Position numbers and translations under genes: made by a program
The notes under the pieces: generated by a model
Seen by the model: the letters and a program-made list of their open reading frames with translations, nothing else
Databases searched by the model: none
What the model was told of the DNA's origin: nothing
In this document: positions 63,401 to 64,000 of the stretch, one piece after another
Layout of the letters: each line of letters begins with the position of its first letter
Position numbering within the stretch: position 1 is the first letter of the stretch
NCBI RefSeq assembly: GCF_018977255.1
Contig: NW_024704742.1
Coordinates: forward strand, 30,320,001-30,384,000
DNA from: Callorhinchus milii
Taxonomy: Eukaryota
Direction of reading: 5' to 3'
DNA length: 64,000 nucleotides

Positions 63401-64000
63401 TCCTAGCTGAACAAGTAGCAGGAAAGTTTGCCACAGTGCTTTCAACGACAAGCTATGTGATTTCATACTCCAGCAGTATCCCAATGCACGCTGTTGCATC
63501 CCCAAGCCTTGGCTCTTTCCAAACTGCGCCTAATACTTTCCAGAATTAGGTAAGCAGGATGCATCCCTTCAGGAAGAGAGTGCACATTCCATTCCAACAA
63601 TCTATCTCTGGGATTTCCATGTATAGGTGGGATATATGGAACTTTCAGTTTGGTTTGGATACTCTTACTGAGTGGAAAGGCTAGCAAAATGTTTGCAAAT
63701 GCCTCTTGAAAGCTGGTTTAGCTATCCTACATTCTAGATCTCAGGTTAAGCGTGAGAAGAAAGCTAATGTGAAAGCCAACAGCAAGTTACCCCCTGAACT
63801 GGTGCTTTACAACACATTGGGGTAACATTTCTGGCATTTCAAACAAGGGTCAACATGAATTACCTTCCACGGGGTGGCAGTACCCTCACCTAGCAAAGGT
63901 ATTTGTTTCTTTTCCAATCTAGTGTCTGCTATTTTTTTAAATTTTGAAGCAATGACAGTTACTGTAAACAGTAAGCTCTGAAGACTGCTAAGTTGTCTCT

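Overview
Repeat-rich vertebrate genomic DNA. The repeat content (tRNA-derived Deu-domain SINEs paired with L2 LINEs, CR1 fragments) points to a cartilaginous fish, probably a holocephalan; this is an inference. I can reconstruct one host gene: a six-coding-exon interleukin-15 (IL15) on the + strand, join(9398..9463, 19539..19639, 27132..27237, 30564..30596, 33570..33716, 35775..35885), 187 aa, with all introns GT-AG and in phase. Exon 1 is the least certain. Around the gene are an upstream IRF/ISRE element, a short uORF, a C-rich minisatellite, in-frame alternative acceptors before exon 3 and an AU-rich 3' UTR. The rest is mostly mobile DNA: a near full-length single-ORF L2 LINE with a TSD in intron 1, many L2 fragments, two or three SINE families sharing the L2 3' stem-loop, two related solo LTRs, a 1.5 kb element with ~100 bp terminal inverted repeats, CR1/RTE relics, a degenerate hammerhead-ribozyme motif and an unassigned repeat family. 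Most ORFs in the supplied track are TE fragments or microsatellite noise. I found no evidence for a wholly new multi-gene system; the best leads concern IL15 regulation and isoforms and TE biology.
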